Below are positions 1 through 11,520 of a stretch of DNA of 59,548 nucleotides, piece by piece. Location: NCBI GenBank assembly GCA_964187785.1, contig CAXLNC010001679.1:124001-183548 (forward strand). Direction: 5' to 3'. A program made the position numbers and the translations under genes. Numbering within the stretch: position 1 is the stretch's first letter; each line of letters opens with the position of its first letter. The notes below the pieces were generated by a model. The model saw only the letters and a program-made list of their open reading frames with translations, had not been told where the DNA came from and made no database searches. Origin of the DNA: Amphiscolops sp. MND2022 (lineage: Eukaryota).

Positions 1-675
1 GATACCTCCCCACTTATCTTGTCTGCACTATCAAGTAATTCTGCATTACGAATTGCAAGACAACACGCAGAATTTCTATCCTCTGATACACATTCTTCTG
101 AATTTGCTCCACCATCTTATTTTACATCTGGCCTTGGTACAGCTTCACTACTCTCATCTGACGTTCAAACTGCACTTCCATCCAGAAACCTATTTTCTGA
201 AGTTTTAATCCCTACTCCTGTACCTCCACATATTCGACTACCTGAATATTAAACTTCAGAACACTCTCGTCCTCGAACTCCTAATTTTGCAGACTATCTA
301 ATACGAGTTGACGGCACTACTATGTATGAACCAAAAAACAATTCACGTTTTCTAATTCTGACAGAACGTTTTATTACAAAAAACGACTCTCTGTCTAACA
401 AAAGAAACAAAGCAAAAATGAAACGACTTCAAATTTCTAATCTAGAAGTCAAATTTGAAGTTAAAGTCAAGTTCCAAGGTTTATATCCTCATCCAGTCCT
501 TCAAGTTTCTAAAATAGAACACAAAACTACTCCTGCGCCTTTTGAAGTTATTCATATTCATTTCGAAAGACATCCCCAAATTCCAGATTTAACATATGGC
601 AAAATTGTATTTTACAACCCATACTCAGGTCTTAACTACAACTTCCTTTTAAATTACACACTCTCTTTTATATGA
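1..675 (+). pseudogene. Degraded Gypsy pol 3' Ser/Pro-rich tail and pre-env leader region (element A)
   Basis: The Ser/Pro-rich ORF 19-252 and ORF 322-675 (NLEVKFEVKVKF) match NLEIKFEIAVKF at about 44265-44300, which has the same position between integrase and env in element D. Confidence 0.55.
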
Positions 676-1320
676 TTAATGTTAAACTGCATTCCTTCCT
701 TTTGACAATAACATACACTATATCTATTTCACCCACCGGTAAAGAAAATTGTCTTCCATCTGATGATCCAAATATTACCAATCTAATGATTTCTCACTAT
801 GATTGCGAAAAAAAACATAATCTTAGACATTTCAACGTATTAAACCTTAAACAATGTACAGAAGTTCATTCTAACATACAACATGTTAATGTTAACGCTC
901 AAGTCTAAGTTAGAGCAAGAACTAAACGAAATAAAGACTTCAAATTTGTTGCTTATGCAAAAAAGAACGCAAAATCTGTTTTCAAGGTTCCGTTAAATAT
1001 CGACACGCGTTGATAGAACTGTATGGAATCAGAACGCTTTGACAATTGTACAAATAACAAAATATTATTCAACTTAAAGTACAATGAAACCTTTACCCTA
1101 TTGGAAGATCATTAATTTCAAGAAAGATTGGAACAGTATCAATCTCATTTCACTGTATACCAATTAAACAAAATGTACACAGGCACTTTCACTTTCATGC
1201 CTGCAGATGGACATTGGTTTTATGATTCTTCAAAAAACCCTGATCACAATTGTCCTGCCCATATTTAGTTCATACCATTGTTATTAACAAAAATACATTT
1301 TTTATAAAAGAACTTGAGAT
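672..1320 (+). pseudogene. env-like glycoprotein, N-terminal part (element A), interrupted at about 1320
   Basis: Hydrophobic N-terminus, then SHYDCEKKHNLRHF..C..V*VRARTKRIK. Homologous to the starts of the env remnants at 24740 and 44625. Contains in-frame stops. Confidence 0.75.
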
Positions 1321-2140
1321 CGATTAGGTTAGTTTTTTCCTTTTTCAGAGACCATACTTATAGTTTCCACAAATTGATTTTGTTAGAAGTGACGGTTCCT
1401 TTATGTTTGTAATTGTTTTATGCATTAATTTACTTCAGTGTTTTGAAAAATATAATCTTTAATATGAAACTTGTATCAGGCGTTACCAAAAATAAAAAAG
1501 ATCCCTAAACAACTATGGCCCTATCATATTACGCCTTTATCGATTTTATTCATTCCAAATATGGCAATTACAGATGGTAGTGTAATCACGTTTTCTACCA
1601 CTCATTGTTAAGCACGTTTTAATGTCGATTCTTATTGGCTCCCATATGGTTCTTGGTTTCCATAGAGATATAATGATACCTGTGAATCTAAAATCAACTT
1701 ATTTTGGACCATGTCATCTTTTCCCCCACAGGTACACCTTGTTGGGAATTACACCCCGAACACGAAATTACGTTTTGTTCTTGAATAAAAATATTTCAAT
1801 AATAAGAGAATATTATTTGAATGTATATACTTAGAGGATTGTCTCTACAACTATTTGGACACTTCAGGTAAAAGTGCCAACCCTTTGGACACTTCTCTTT
1901 CTTCATTACTTTGAGTTTTGACACATAATTCTTTTTCATATAAAGTATTTGCGTGAAAAAAAATGGAAATTGATAGTTCCCATAATTTCCAAGTTTTATG
2001 AAATTCAATGCAAAAAGTGCAATTATTTATGGCTCATGTTATAAGGGCGGCCATATATTCCCCATACCTTATCAGGAAGGCCTGACTTGTATGTATCTTT
2101 AATTGTTATTCAAACCATTTTTGCCATACTCTAAAAAAAT

Positions 2141-2590
2141 CAGGGTTGGCAAAAACAGTTTTTTGTCATATTAAGCTACACAGACAAATTTTTATAGTAA
2201 AAACATGTTTTTTTCATGTTTTTTCAACCACCGAGCAAAAAAAGTATTTGTTTCGAGAGCTCAATTAGACAAACAAAGTTCAACTCTTTTTCTGAAACTT
2301 TTTCGTTGTATTGGCAATACAACAAAGCCTGTTTTTCAAATTTTCCGACTGCCGCTGGGCGCGAACTTTCCGTAAGTTAGCCGTAAGCTTGAGAAGTTTC
2401 TTTCCAGGCGATATGAAGATCCACGGCTGACACTAATGACTCCGTGACATTCACAATAGATTCTGGAAAACCCCTTTTAAACCCACTTTTCACAAAAATT
2501 ATCTAGTGGAAAAGGAAATGTTTCACAACGTTTTCATTGATGTTTTAAAACTTTTTTTACTGATTACAATGTTTCTGAACAGCCAACCCT
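2141..2590. mobile_element. Non-autonomous TIR DNA element (MITE-like; hAT- or MULE-type ends)
   Basis: Terminal inverted repeats (C)AGGGTTGGC and GCCAACCCT. The direct repeat AAAAAAAT(C) flanks both ends (2133-2141 and 2591-2599), consistent with an 8-9 bp TSD. No transposase ORF. Confidence 0.75.
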
Positions 2591-2654
2591 AAAAAAATCA
2601 ATAGCACCACTGATTGTGAAAATGTTTTGGACTAAAAAAAGGAATCGATATCTC

Positions 2655-3050
2655 CGTAAAAAATATTTCCTGCCAAAAACTATTAAAATGAAAGTTTCTC
2701 AATTTTTGAATCAGAGATCAATGGATACCAAAGGACTTATAAATCCTCCTTCACAACACAAATCCTATGTTTACGATTTTGCACTGAACTTCCAGAACAT
2801 TCCAACTACAATAAAACACACCTAAACCCAATTTTTCATAAAATTATTTCTTGCCGTATGTTACAAATTTACTCTACAGTCTTTGAACACACTCTTTCAA
2901 GCGTACCTCACTAAAAATTATCACGAATGTAAGCTACTTCCCCTTGGCACCTTTGTACTTAAACGTTAATTTTTCTCACGTAGAGTTTTCTGACAGATTC
3001 AAACCCCTTCGGATTGGTCCATACAAAATTCTTGACAGACTCTCAGATTT
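2655..3050 (+). pseudogene. Ty3/Gypsy integrase fragments (element B)
   Basis: SMDTKG(L)INPPSQHKSY at about 2718 marks the first catalytic Asp region. KPLRIGPYKILDRLSD at 3001-3048 is the GPY/F module. The core between them is largely deleted. Confidence 0.8.
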
Positions 3051-4420
3051 CCAAATGCTCAAACTTTTTGTGATAAACCTGAATCTCTAAATTCTATCCT
3101 ATACTCTGATCTTTTTGTAACTTATGCTCATGGCTTTATTATGCATACAGGAAACCCTCAATCTCTCACTAACGAAAATATCTCTGGCAAAATTGTATTA
3201 AACAATTAATATATCAATTTTTTGTTTCCTGCAATAATTGTTTCAAATAACTTTACTACAATTGACTTTGATGAACACATAAATACAATAATTGAACATA
3301 TTATAAATCATGTTTTCCGTTTTATGACAGTACAACAATTGAACACTCCATACCGTTTGTGAACTTAATCGAAATCAATTTCTTACAATACTTGGAATGT
3401 CAGTACAAAATCCTCAACTTGCTGGATTCCTATTAATGGGAAATCGCAGTAACTTCTTATACATCGAAGGTTCCACTGCTTGTCTTCACGGTTGTCACAT
3501 CGGTTGTCTCTCATTTAAACAAAGCTGATCGATGTTTCGATCATATACCAATACATTTCAAAGATACTCTTATTTATGTTGATACAATTACAAGACAAAC
3601 CTATGACTATGATACTCCTATTACATGTGATAATAATCCTAAAAACATTATTGAACTAGATCCTGATTCTGTTGATCAAGACTTTTACATTTTTGGCCCA
3701 GAACCCAATAAAGGCAAACCACCACTCATGTTTACACGTTCTCAAATTAAAACTACACAACGACCTAACACATTCACAGCCCAAGATGCTGGAATATGTT
3801 CTAAAGCTGAAGTAGATCAATTTTGGAACAGAATTTTATTTTCAAAACATTCGGTTTCAACACTTCAACTTTTAGGAAAAGCTCTTAGTTATTCCTTTCT
3901 TTCTTCTAATACACTTGATTAAGATGCAAATTCTCCTCATCAAAATCCTTGCAATACATTACGCATTGGTTTACATGATAGACTTATCAATCTCACTCCT
4001 CTTTTCACACCTACAGGGTTCTCAGATGCTTTTATTGCACTAATTGGATACTCATTTTACATTTTAACACAATGTGGAATATATTTTTCAATGTTTTGTT
4101 TCATACAAGCAACAATTACTCTCATTGTCAAATTTTATAAAACAATTTCAAGTGAATACTATCTGAAACAAAGTATTACAAAATTTCGTTCCAAAACTCA
4201 TGGTTTTTTCAATATTCCTACACCTGAAATGATGAATGACCCCAATGATACTCATCATCACAAACCCAAGTTAGCAATCAAAAGTTCAAAACCTTCACTT
4301 ATGACAAATGTGTTTGACAACCCATTAGATGACTTCTCTAAATTTTGTGACCAAACCAATCATATTACACCTACAACACCTCAAAGTGGTATTACATCAC
4401 CACCACTTTTCTATACATAA
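3051..4420 (+). pseudogene. env-like glycoprotein, C-terminal half with TM helix and tail (element B)
   Basis: Translates to AGFLLMGNRSNFLYIEGST..CFDHIPIHFKDTLIYVDTITRQT..CDNNP..DPD, then FWNRILF, a hydrophobic segment (IGYSFYILTQCGIYFSMFCFIQATITLIV) and a tail. Homologous to 26040-26800 and 45200-46000. Confidence 0.8.
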
Positions 4421-6733
4421 TGACTGAACAAATTTAATAAAATAGGACGATTCAAATCACTTCCAAAAAGAAAACACAATCTTCATCCCAAAAAGTATCA
4501 CAAAACTTCATCACTTTTTTCACAACAGTACAGAATCCAACTTTATCTAACTATTCGACTGTCAATACCACTCCTAATGACAGCTATCTTGAAAACATTT
4601 ATACTAATATTGATAATGACAGCCCTGTCAAAGTATATTCCAAAACAAATTGTCCGTTTTCTCCGCTATCTTTTTCGACTCTATTTATTCTACCTTTTCA
4701 CTTCAGTGTCGTACACTTTTCTTCCACTTGCAAAAATCTAAACATCTTTATTGAACAAATCTTTTCTAAAACAAAATCTGCGCTTATTTCTAAACAAAAA
4801 CAAGATTGCGCTTTTTTCTTCATCTGACATTCTAGAAATCGTTGTTCGCCGGCCTAAAATTCCTACAATAAAAAAACGTGTCTTGGTTCCACGACCAATA
4901 ACAGCTGATAAAGCTACTCATTGGTGTAATTTTTCTTCAAACAACAAATTATTTGCCAAAATCATTTCCTGTATGGTACAAACTCGCACTATTCTAAACA
5001 AATGTACTCTTCGTGATCTAACTCAACTGTTAGATCCATACAAACAAAATCCATCTGTTTCACAACGTATCACTCAATCATCACAAGCAATACAATCAGC
5101 ACTTGACTTCATGAATGTTCTTTTTACTTCAACTAATTGTCATCAGATCTCCACACAGGTAATACAAATTTCTTTTTAATTTTCACCCCAATGGAACACT
5201 ATTGGACAATATGGCTATTCAGGTAGCATTTTAAAGTCTTTTTACGGAACTCTCTCAGGTATTTTACCCAAAAATTTCAGCTGTTTTACCTTCAAAAACC
5301 TCAGGTACAAACAATCTACCTACAAAACTTTTTTCTTAATAATATCCTTTACTATTTTACTCTCAAATAAAAAATTGTATATGCTCTATGCTTTTAAAAA
5401 ACTTTCTACACTGAAAAAATTATAAAACAAAGTTAGCACACTATTTTACGAACATATAGAACCCAATTTTATTGCACAAATTGATGAATGACCCCAATGA
5501 TACTCATCATCACAAACCCAAGTTAGCAATCAAAAGTTCAAAATCTTCACCTATGACAAATGTGTTTGACAACCCATTAGATGACTTCTCTAAATTTTGT
5601 GGCCAAACCAATCATATTACACCAACAACACCTCGAAGTGGTATAACATCACCACCACCTTTCTATACATAAGGACTGAACAAATTTAATAAAATCAGAC
5701 GATTCAAATCACTTCCAAAAAAAGCACAATCTTCATCCCAAAAAGTATCACAAAACTTCATCACTTTTTTCATCAACAGTACAGAATCTAACTTTATCTA
5801 ACTATTCGACTGTAAATACCACTCCTAATGACAGCTATCTTGAAAACGTTTATACTAATATTGATAATGACAGCCCTGTCAAAGTATATTCCAAAACAAA
5901 TTATCCGTTTTCTCCGCTATCTTTTTAGACTCTATTTATTCTACTTTTTCACTTCAGTGTCGTACACTTTTCTTCCACTTGCAAAAATCTAAAAATCTTT
6001 ATTGAACAAATCTTTTCTAAAACAAAATCTGCGCTTATTTCTAAACAAAAACAAGATTGCGCTTATTTCTTCATCTGACATTCCAGGAATCGTTGTTCGC
6101 CGGCCTAAAATTCCTACAATAAAAAATCGTGTCTTGGTTCCACGACCAACAACAGCTGATAAAGCTACTCATTGGTGTAATTTTTCTTCAAACAACAAAT
6201 CATTTGCCAAAATCATTTCCTGTATGGTACAAACTCGCACTATTCTGAAACAATTGTACTCTTCGTGATCTAACTCAACTGTTAGATCCATACAAACAAA
6301 ATCCATCTGTTTCACAACGTATCACTCAATCATCACAAGCAATACAATCAGCACTTGACTCTATGAATATTCTTTTTACTTCAACTAATTGTCATCAGAT
6401 CTGCACATAGGTTAAAAAAAGTTCTTTTTAATTTTCACCCCAATGGAACACTATTGGACAATATGGCTATTCAGGTAGCCTTTTAAAGTCTTTTTACGGA
6501 ACTCTGTTAGGTATTTTACCCAAAAATTTCTGCTGTTTTACCTTCAAAAATCTCAGGTACAAACAATCTACCTACAAAACTTTTTTCTTAATAATATCCT
6601 TTACTATTTTACTCTCAAAGAAAAAATTGTATATGCTCTATGCTTTTAAAAAACTTTCTACACTGAAAAAATTATAAAACAAAATTAGCACACTTTTTTA
6701 CGAACATATAGAGCCCAAATTTATTGCACAAAA
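4230..6733 (+). repeat. Tandem duplication, 2 x 1252 bp (4230-5481 and 5482-6733)
   Basis: Near-identical copies start TGATGAATGACCCCAATG and end ATTGCACAAA. Paired ORFs appear in the track (4751 and 6002; 4091 tail and 5472). Confidence 0.95.
4751..5179 (+). other. Possible accessory ORF 3' of env in element B (second, truncated copy at 6002-6268)
   Basis: A 142-aa open frame downstream of env with no recognised motif. Support is positional only. Confidence 0.3.
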
Positions 6734-9599
6734 ATTGGTTAAAATGAAGGATTTCGGTTCTCAGAACTACTTTGTTTTAAAAACATCAATTCAATTTCCT
6801 CCTAGTTCTTCTTTACATCTTTGGCCCAAGCCCAATACTGTGGAACCATACTATCGGGACTTTTCTCAGAATCCAACGTCATCATCGTGTTCTCTTGGCT
6901 CCAGATCCTAAAACAACTTCCAAATTTATTTTCTCGAACAAAGCCAACAGTTTGAAATCTGCTATATTTCATACAAAGGCATAAAATGGCATATTTAATC
7001 CTTGCAAGATCAAGAAAAGACATAAACTTCGAACAATATGATCGTCTTCATCTTGATGGCCCTAAATTGCCATCTGTGAAACAGCCTCCAATATGGTTTT
7101 CGTCCTAAACTCATCTTTTATTACCAAAGACGAAAATTTTAGAGTTGCCATAGCCGAAGCCTGTAACGCTTTTAGTAAAATGCTCTTGCATTTTGGCTAA
7201 ACCCAAAATCTTGAAATCTACAACCCACCCATCAGGTCAACCCTCCACAAACTCATCCATTTTGCTGAATGCAAAAACAAAACAAAACACTTACTTACTT
7301 TCAATCTTCTTGTTCCACTATTTGACATTCATTCATCCCTCTTTGATGATTGTAGTAGAACAGGTTGTCCACTTCCTTCAATTCTCCTTCACACGAAGCT
7401 TTCTTTACTATGATGCACTTTTGCCTCTAACAACTCGATTGGATACCATCATCCATCGTCTTTCACTTCACACCTACGGGTCACTAGTCACTGGTCCTCT
7501 CCATCTTCCCTGGATTTCAACATCTTCACTGGTCTTTCGGGTCACTGGTCTTTTTCATCGTCACTGGACTTCCACAACACTTTGCTCCAAAAAAGCAACC
7601 CACGAAATGGAATGAACTTTAAACTACGGTATTTCAAACTTTGAAATGTAATTTTGAAACTTTATTTCAATCCATCCCTCAATAAAAACCCTCCCTTAAT
7701 CAATCGTATGATCGTAGTTACTCATTGTAATCTTAATACTGCTGCAAGTTATTCATAATCCTCTAATTATAGCCGCATGTTAATCGTGCAACCATCCCAA
7801 CTGTAATCCTAATACTCATTATTAATGTATAACATTTGTAACCACATCAATAGTATTTTTATTAATCTTATTACTAATGGTAAAAGTTGCAAAATATTTA
7901 AGCATCCATAAAAAAGTGCATAATGCATTATTATCCTACTCTCTTTTCACAGTACAACAATCCGTTCTATGTTATAAAAGTCTTTTACCCAAGTAACATC
8001 AAAAATTTCATAGTAAAACATATTTTTCAAACGTTTGAAACACTCCAATGTAGAACAAACGCTTTGCTCCCGCTCTGCTAGTCACTTGTGTTGAAAATGA
8101 ACTCGAATTAGAACCTTGACTTTTCAAAACTTCTTCACTCTTTGTTCAACACCCGCCACTGTTTGTTCACAACTCATTGACAAATTTTTAAGTAGCTTTT
8201 CAACTCGAAACTTGTTTTCACTGATAAATAAGCCGATGGCAGATACGGAAATTCACAATACGAAAAGTGACAAATAATAGAATACAAGTTGTCAATAATC
8301 ACTGGAACAAAACTGTCAGTCATTCTAAACTGAAACTTTTGCCCCAATTTGAACCGTCAATTACATAAGAAGTCAAATTGTCATAGGTTGTTCTCATTCC
8401 TTAAGTATGATACACTTCTAGAACAAGAACTCACGCATACAACATCTGAAACAAAAACTTAAGAACTTCTCACTTCCAATGTGCAGATACGTAGACTTTA
8501 TTTTTCAAAAATTCCCTGTTGATTTTGATGCCATGATGCATGTCCTCAAGTAATTTAGAATACTTATCTAATCTCGAAAGGCACCCACCTTTTATCAGAC
8601 AGATGTCACATCAATTCGAAGATAATTAGATTGATGAAACTTGTTGATAACTTCATTAGTATCTCATTTTATTAACTGGCACTTCAGAATGAATATCATG
8701 ATTATAATCGTTTGTAATCGTTGATGAAAATACTGAATATAATATACTCAAAGAAAAAAGAATTTGATCTGTAGGACAGCCTTCCTCTAGAATAGACATA
8801 AACTGATATCTCAGATATTTTTGGAACAGCTATAGTTGAATACTTAGACGATTTGCTATTATGATTCTAAGACTTCTTTGTAATCCATCGAAGAACTAAA
8901 ACAAGCAACCACACAATTCTTTAACATGTCATTTCGGTACAATTCTACAGTGCTAACAAAATTGATTCAACTCATGTCGGTACACCTTACTTTCGTTCTA
9001 ACCAAACCAATTTTGGTTCAGCATTTCTGTTGGTATAACCTAAACATATTCTAATCTCTCGTTCATTCATTTTTGATGCCGTCTTTGAAAGTTACTGTTT
9101 TGTCTTTCCATAGTTTTGCTGTATATTTTTTGCCTTTTCAATGTCGTTGCTCTCGTCATCGATATTTTCATGCTTCATTTCATCTCACCAATTTTCAAGT
9201 CCCTGTCATCTATAAAGTTCTTCACTGAAAACCTCGCTAATATCATCATTTCCTTTTTCATACCTTAGCAATGTTCTTCTAAGGCTCCTCGTTGAACAAA
9301 ACGGTTGATTTCCTTCTTTATTGATTATACACCTTCTTATCCCTGTCCCACCACCAGTAATTTACTTATATAATAACTCCATATCTAACGTTCTTGTTTT
9401 CACCGCCTTTGTTCGAATCTAAGCACATCTCCTCATTTTAATCTAATTTCTTTTCTGTTTATTTTCCATCTTTCTTGCGTATCATCACCCGCAATTTGTG
9501 GCTTCTTTTCATTGTAAACTCAAACCCACCCATCGCATTTTTACAACATCATCGTCTTTTCTTATACTCTTTTAGGCCAATATTTCTACCCTCATCACC

Positions 9600-10680
9600 T
9601 GTGTCAGGGTCAAGTCGCCCTGCTAAATTTTGCAATTTTATCCTCCTACTTTACCGGTGAACTATCCATCCTCAGGATATCTCCCAATAAATTTGGTTAA
9701 TAATTTACCCTCCCGCGAGTCTAAACAAATTCTCACTAAAGTTCTCAAGAATCTCATTTATAATTCCGCGGTCCCTCTTGCGTTAAACCTGCCCGGAAAA
9801 TCTGTTCAAAACACCTCTCACTCTTGAACGTCACGACTCCTACCTTTGTTACATAGACACAAATCCTATACTTGAAACTCCAGGTGCACATCCTGTTTCA
9901 ATACCTTTCACGCCAACTCAGCTAGCACTATGAGATAAATCATTTTTCCACTAACATTTACATTCCAAGTGCTCAATTTATTACTATTTTTCTCGAAAAT
10001 CTTTCAGAAAAGATTACTACTACCTCAACATACTTTCGCTTCATCTGCTCTACAAGCAATCTTCCAAAAAAAATCTTTTTGATCTCCCCTGTAACGGAAA
10101 ACTTTGAACAATCGGAAACAACTCGCATCACTGGCTTCACACCGATATTCTTCAATTTAATCTTTTCAAAAGTCATTTGTTTCCTAAATCTCACCTTGGA
10201 CACCCAAACTGAAAAAAATTCAAATTTACTCACTTTTCCTTGTATTCCATAACTACCAACTCGTTTGTGATATCAAAGTTCGAGAAGCTTGTGTTAATTT
10301 TATCTCTCATTTTCCACGCAAACAAGGAAAATAAACACCATCACTTTAATATTCTCCTTGATTTTCCAGTTGCTCACATTTGATAACCTAAGCCTCTTGT
10401 TAATCCAACCCCAAGTTCAGATCCACCCTCTAAACCACCCTTCCAAAAACTACTCAACCTTCAACCTCACATTTCACATAACAATATAATAATGTCCATC
10501 TGCATCTCCTTCCCCTCCAATTGTGATTCAGCCTTTTTGCTGGTACAAGCCTTCTTCTGGACTAGTGGTTCGACCTCGTAATCGGTACAAATGTTCAAAT
10601 TCTTTTTCTGTACTAACCAAATCCACTCTGGTTCAACAATTCTGTTGGTACAATCTTGACTTCTCATTTTCAAAAATAGC
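9600..10680 (+). pseudogene. Degraded Gypsy 5' region (pre-gag ORF or gag N-terminus), cut off by the BEL insertion
   Basis: NLIYNSAVPL (9750-9780) matches NLTYNSTVPL (18403-18432), which lies upstream of gag in element C. A Pro-rich stretch follows at about 10400. Confidence 0.4.
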
Positions 10681-10684
10681 GAAA

Positions 10685-10917
10685 TAAATAGCGATCGTTT
10701 ACATGTATGACTTTACTGCACACGAAGTTTACAATTTCCAAGTGAAAGATTTTTAAGGGCTTTATTTTTGAACACAGTCCGAACCAGACGCGAAAATACC
10801 AGCCTGTTATGTAAGAGGTCAAATGTTGTTGTCAATCATATTAGTTTTAGGGGTTTTGAGCTCTAAAAGAACTGTCAATCATTAGTTGTCACTTGCTTAT
10901 GTTGTTTGTCAACAACA
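10685..10917 (-). repeat. 3' LTR of the BEL/Pao element (probably truncated at its distal end)
   Basis: A 233-bp direct repeat of 17442-17674 with 16 mismatches by my manual count (about 7%). It begins TGTTG on the minus strand. No matching TSD was found at the left end. Confidence 0.9.
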
Positions 10918-10930
10918 TCCTCCGCCCCCA
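10918..10930 (-). promoter_or_regulatory. Polypurine tract
   Basis: Minus-strand TGGGGGCGGAGGA lies immediately before the TG of the 3' LTR. Confidence 0.8.
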
Positions 10931-11520
10931 ACGAATATGGTGGCCCGAAGACAGGAGCACGTTTGACCAGCGGACGTACAAGTGAGTCGCTAGAAGACAA
11001 TGCCGGTCGTCGAACGAACTATTTCCAAGTGTATTGCTCTGGCTGTGAGACACGTAAACAGGAACACCCATCATTTCTCTGAGCTGCGCCGAATAGAAAC
11101 AAAGAACGGGCCAGAGTAATCCACCACGCAGTTACTGAAGGCTGGCTCCAGATAGCCAGGCCTTTCTTTCGGTAAGTCGGCCATCATGGGGTTACGATTA
11201 CGGCGTCGCGTTTTCGACAAGGAATGCTTTGGTAGCGGATGGTTCGGATGATGGAGCGGATCTTCAGAATGATATACTTATGGCCCACTTGGGCTTTTAC
11301 ATAGTCAAAGACCAGATGATGGCATCTTTGATGCAGGTGTATCAGCATTAACTTGACGAAAGGATGTTTGCCATCAAGTATTACAGGGTGTTTGGTGTCG
11401 TATCAAACGTCTGAAAGTCGTCGACTCTGTGACCGTAACACATTGTCAGGCCCAATTGAAGGGGAATATGATAGGAGACGGAGTTTGCCGGACTTTTGTC
11501 CTTTGGCGTCAAGAAGATCG
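10931..11520 (-). pseudogene. BEL/Pao integrase remnant with catalytic core deleted
   Basis: PMMADLPKER..PAFSNCVVDYSGPF..WVFLFTCLTARAIHLEIV is joined almost directly to the C-terminal LVRPLVKRAPVF. Confidence 0.85.

Noticed and set aside
7620-8400. LTR followed by a gag start (ATGGCAGATACG at 8236)
   Set aside because: The region is AT-rich and LTR-like, but I found no second copy, PBS or TG..CA boundary, and the frame closes after about 13 codons.
10680-10690. Target-site duplication for the BEL element
   Set aside because: The right flank CCATG is not present at the left end. The left LTR appears truncated, so the insertion site cannot be reconstructed.
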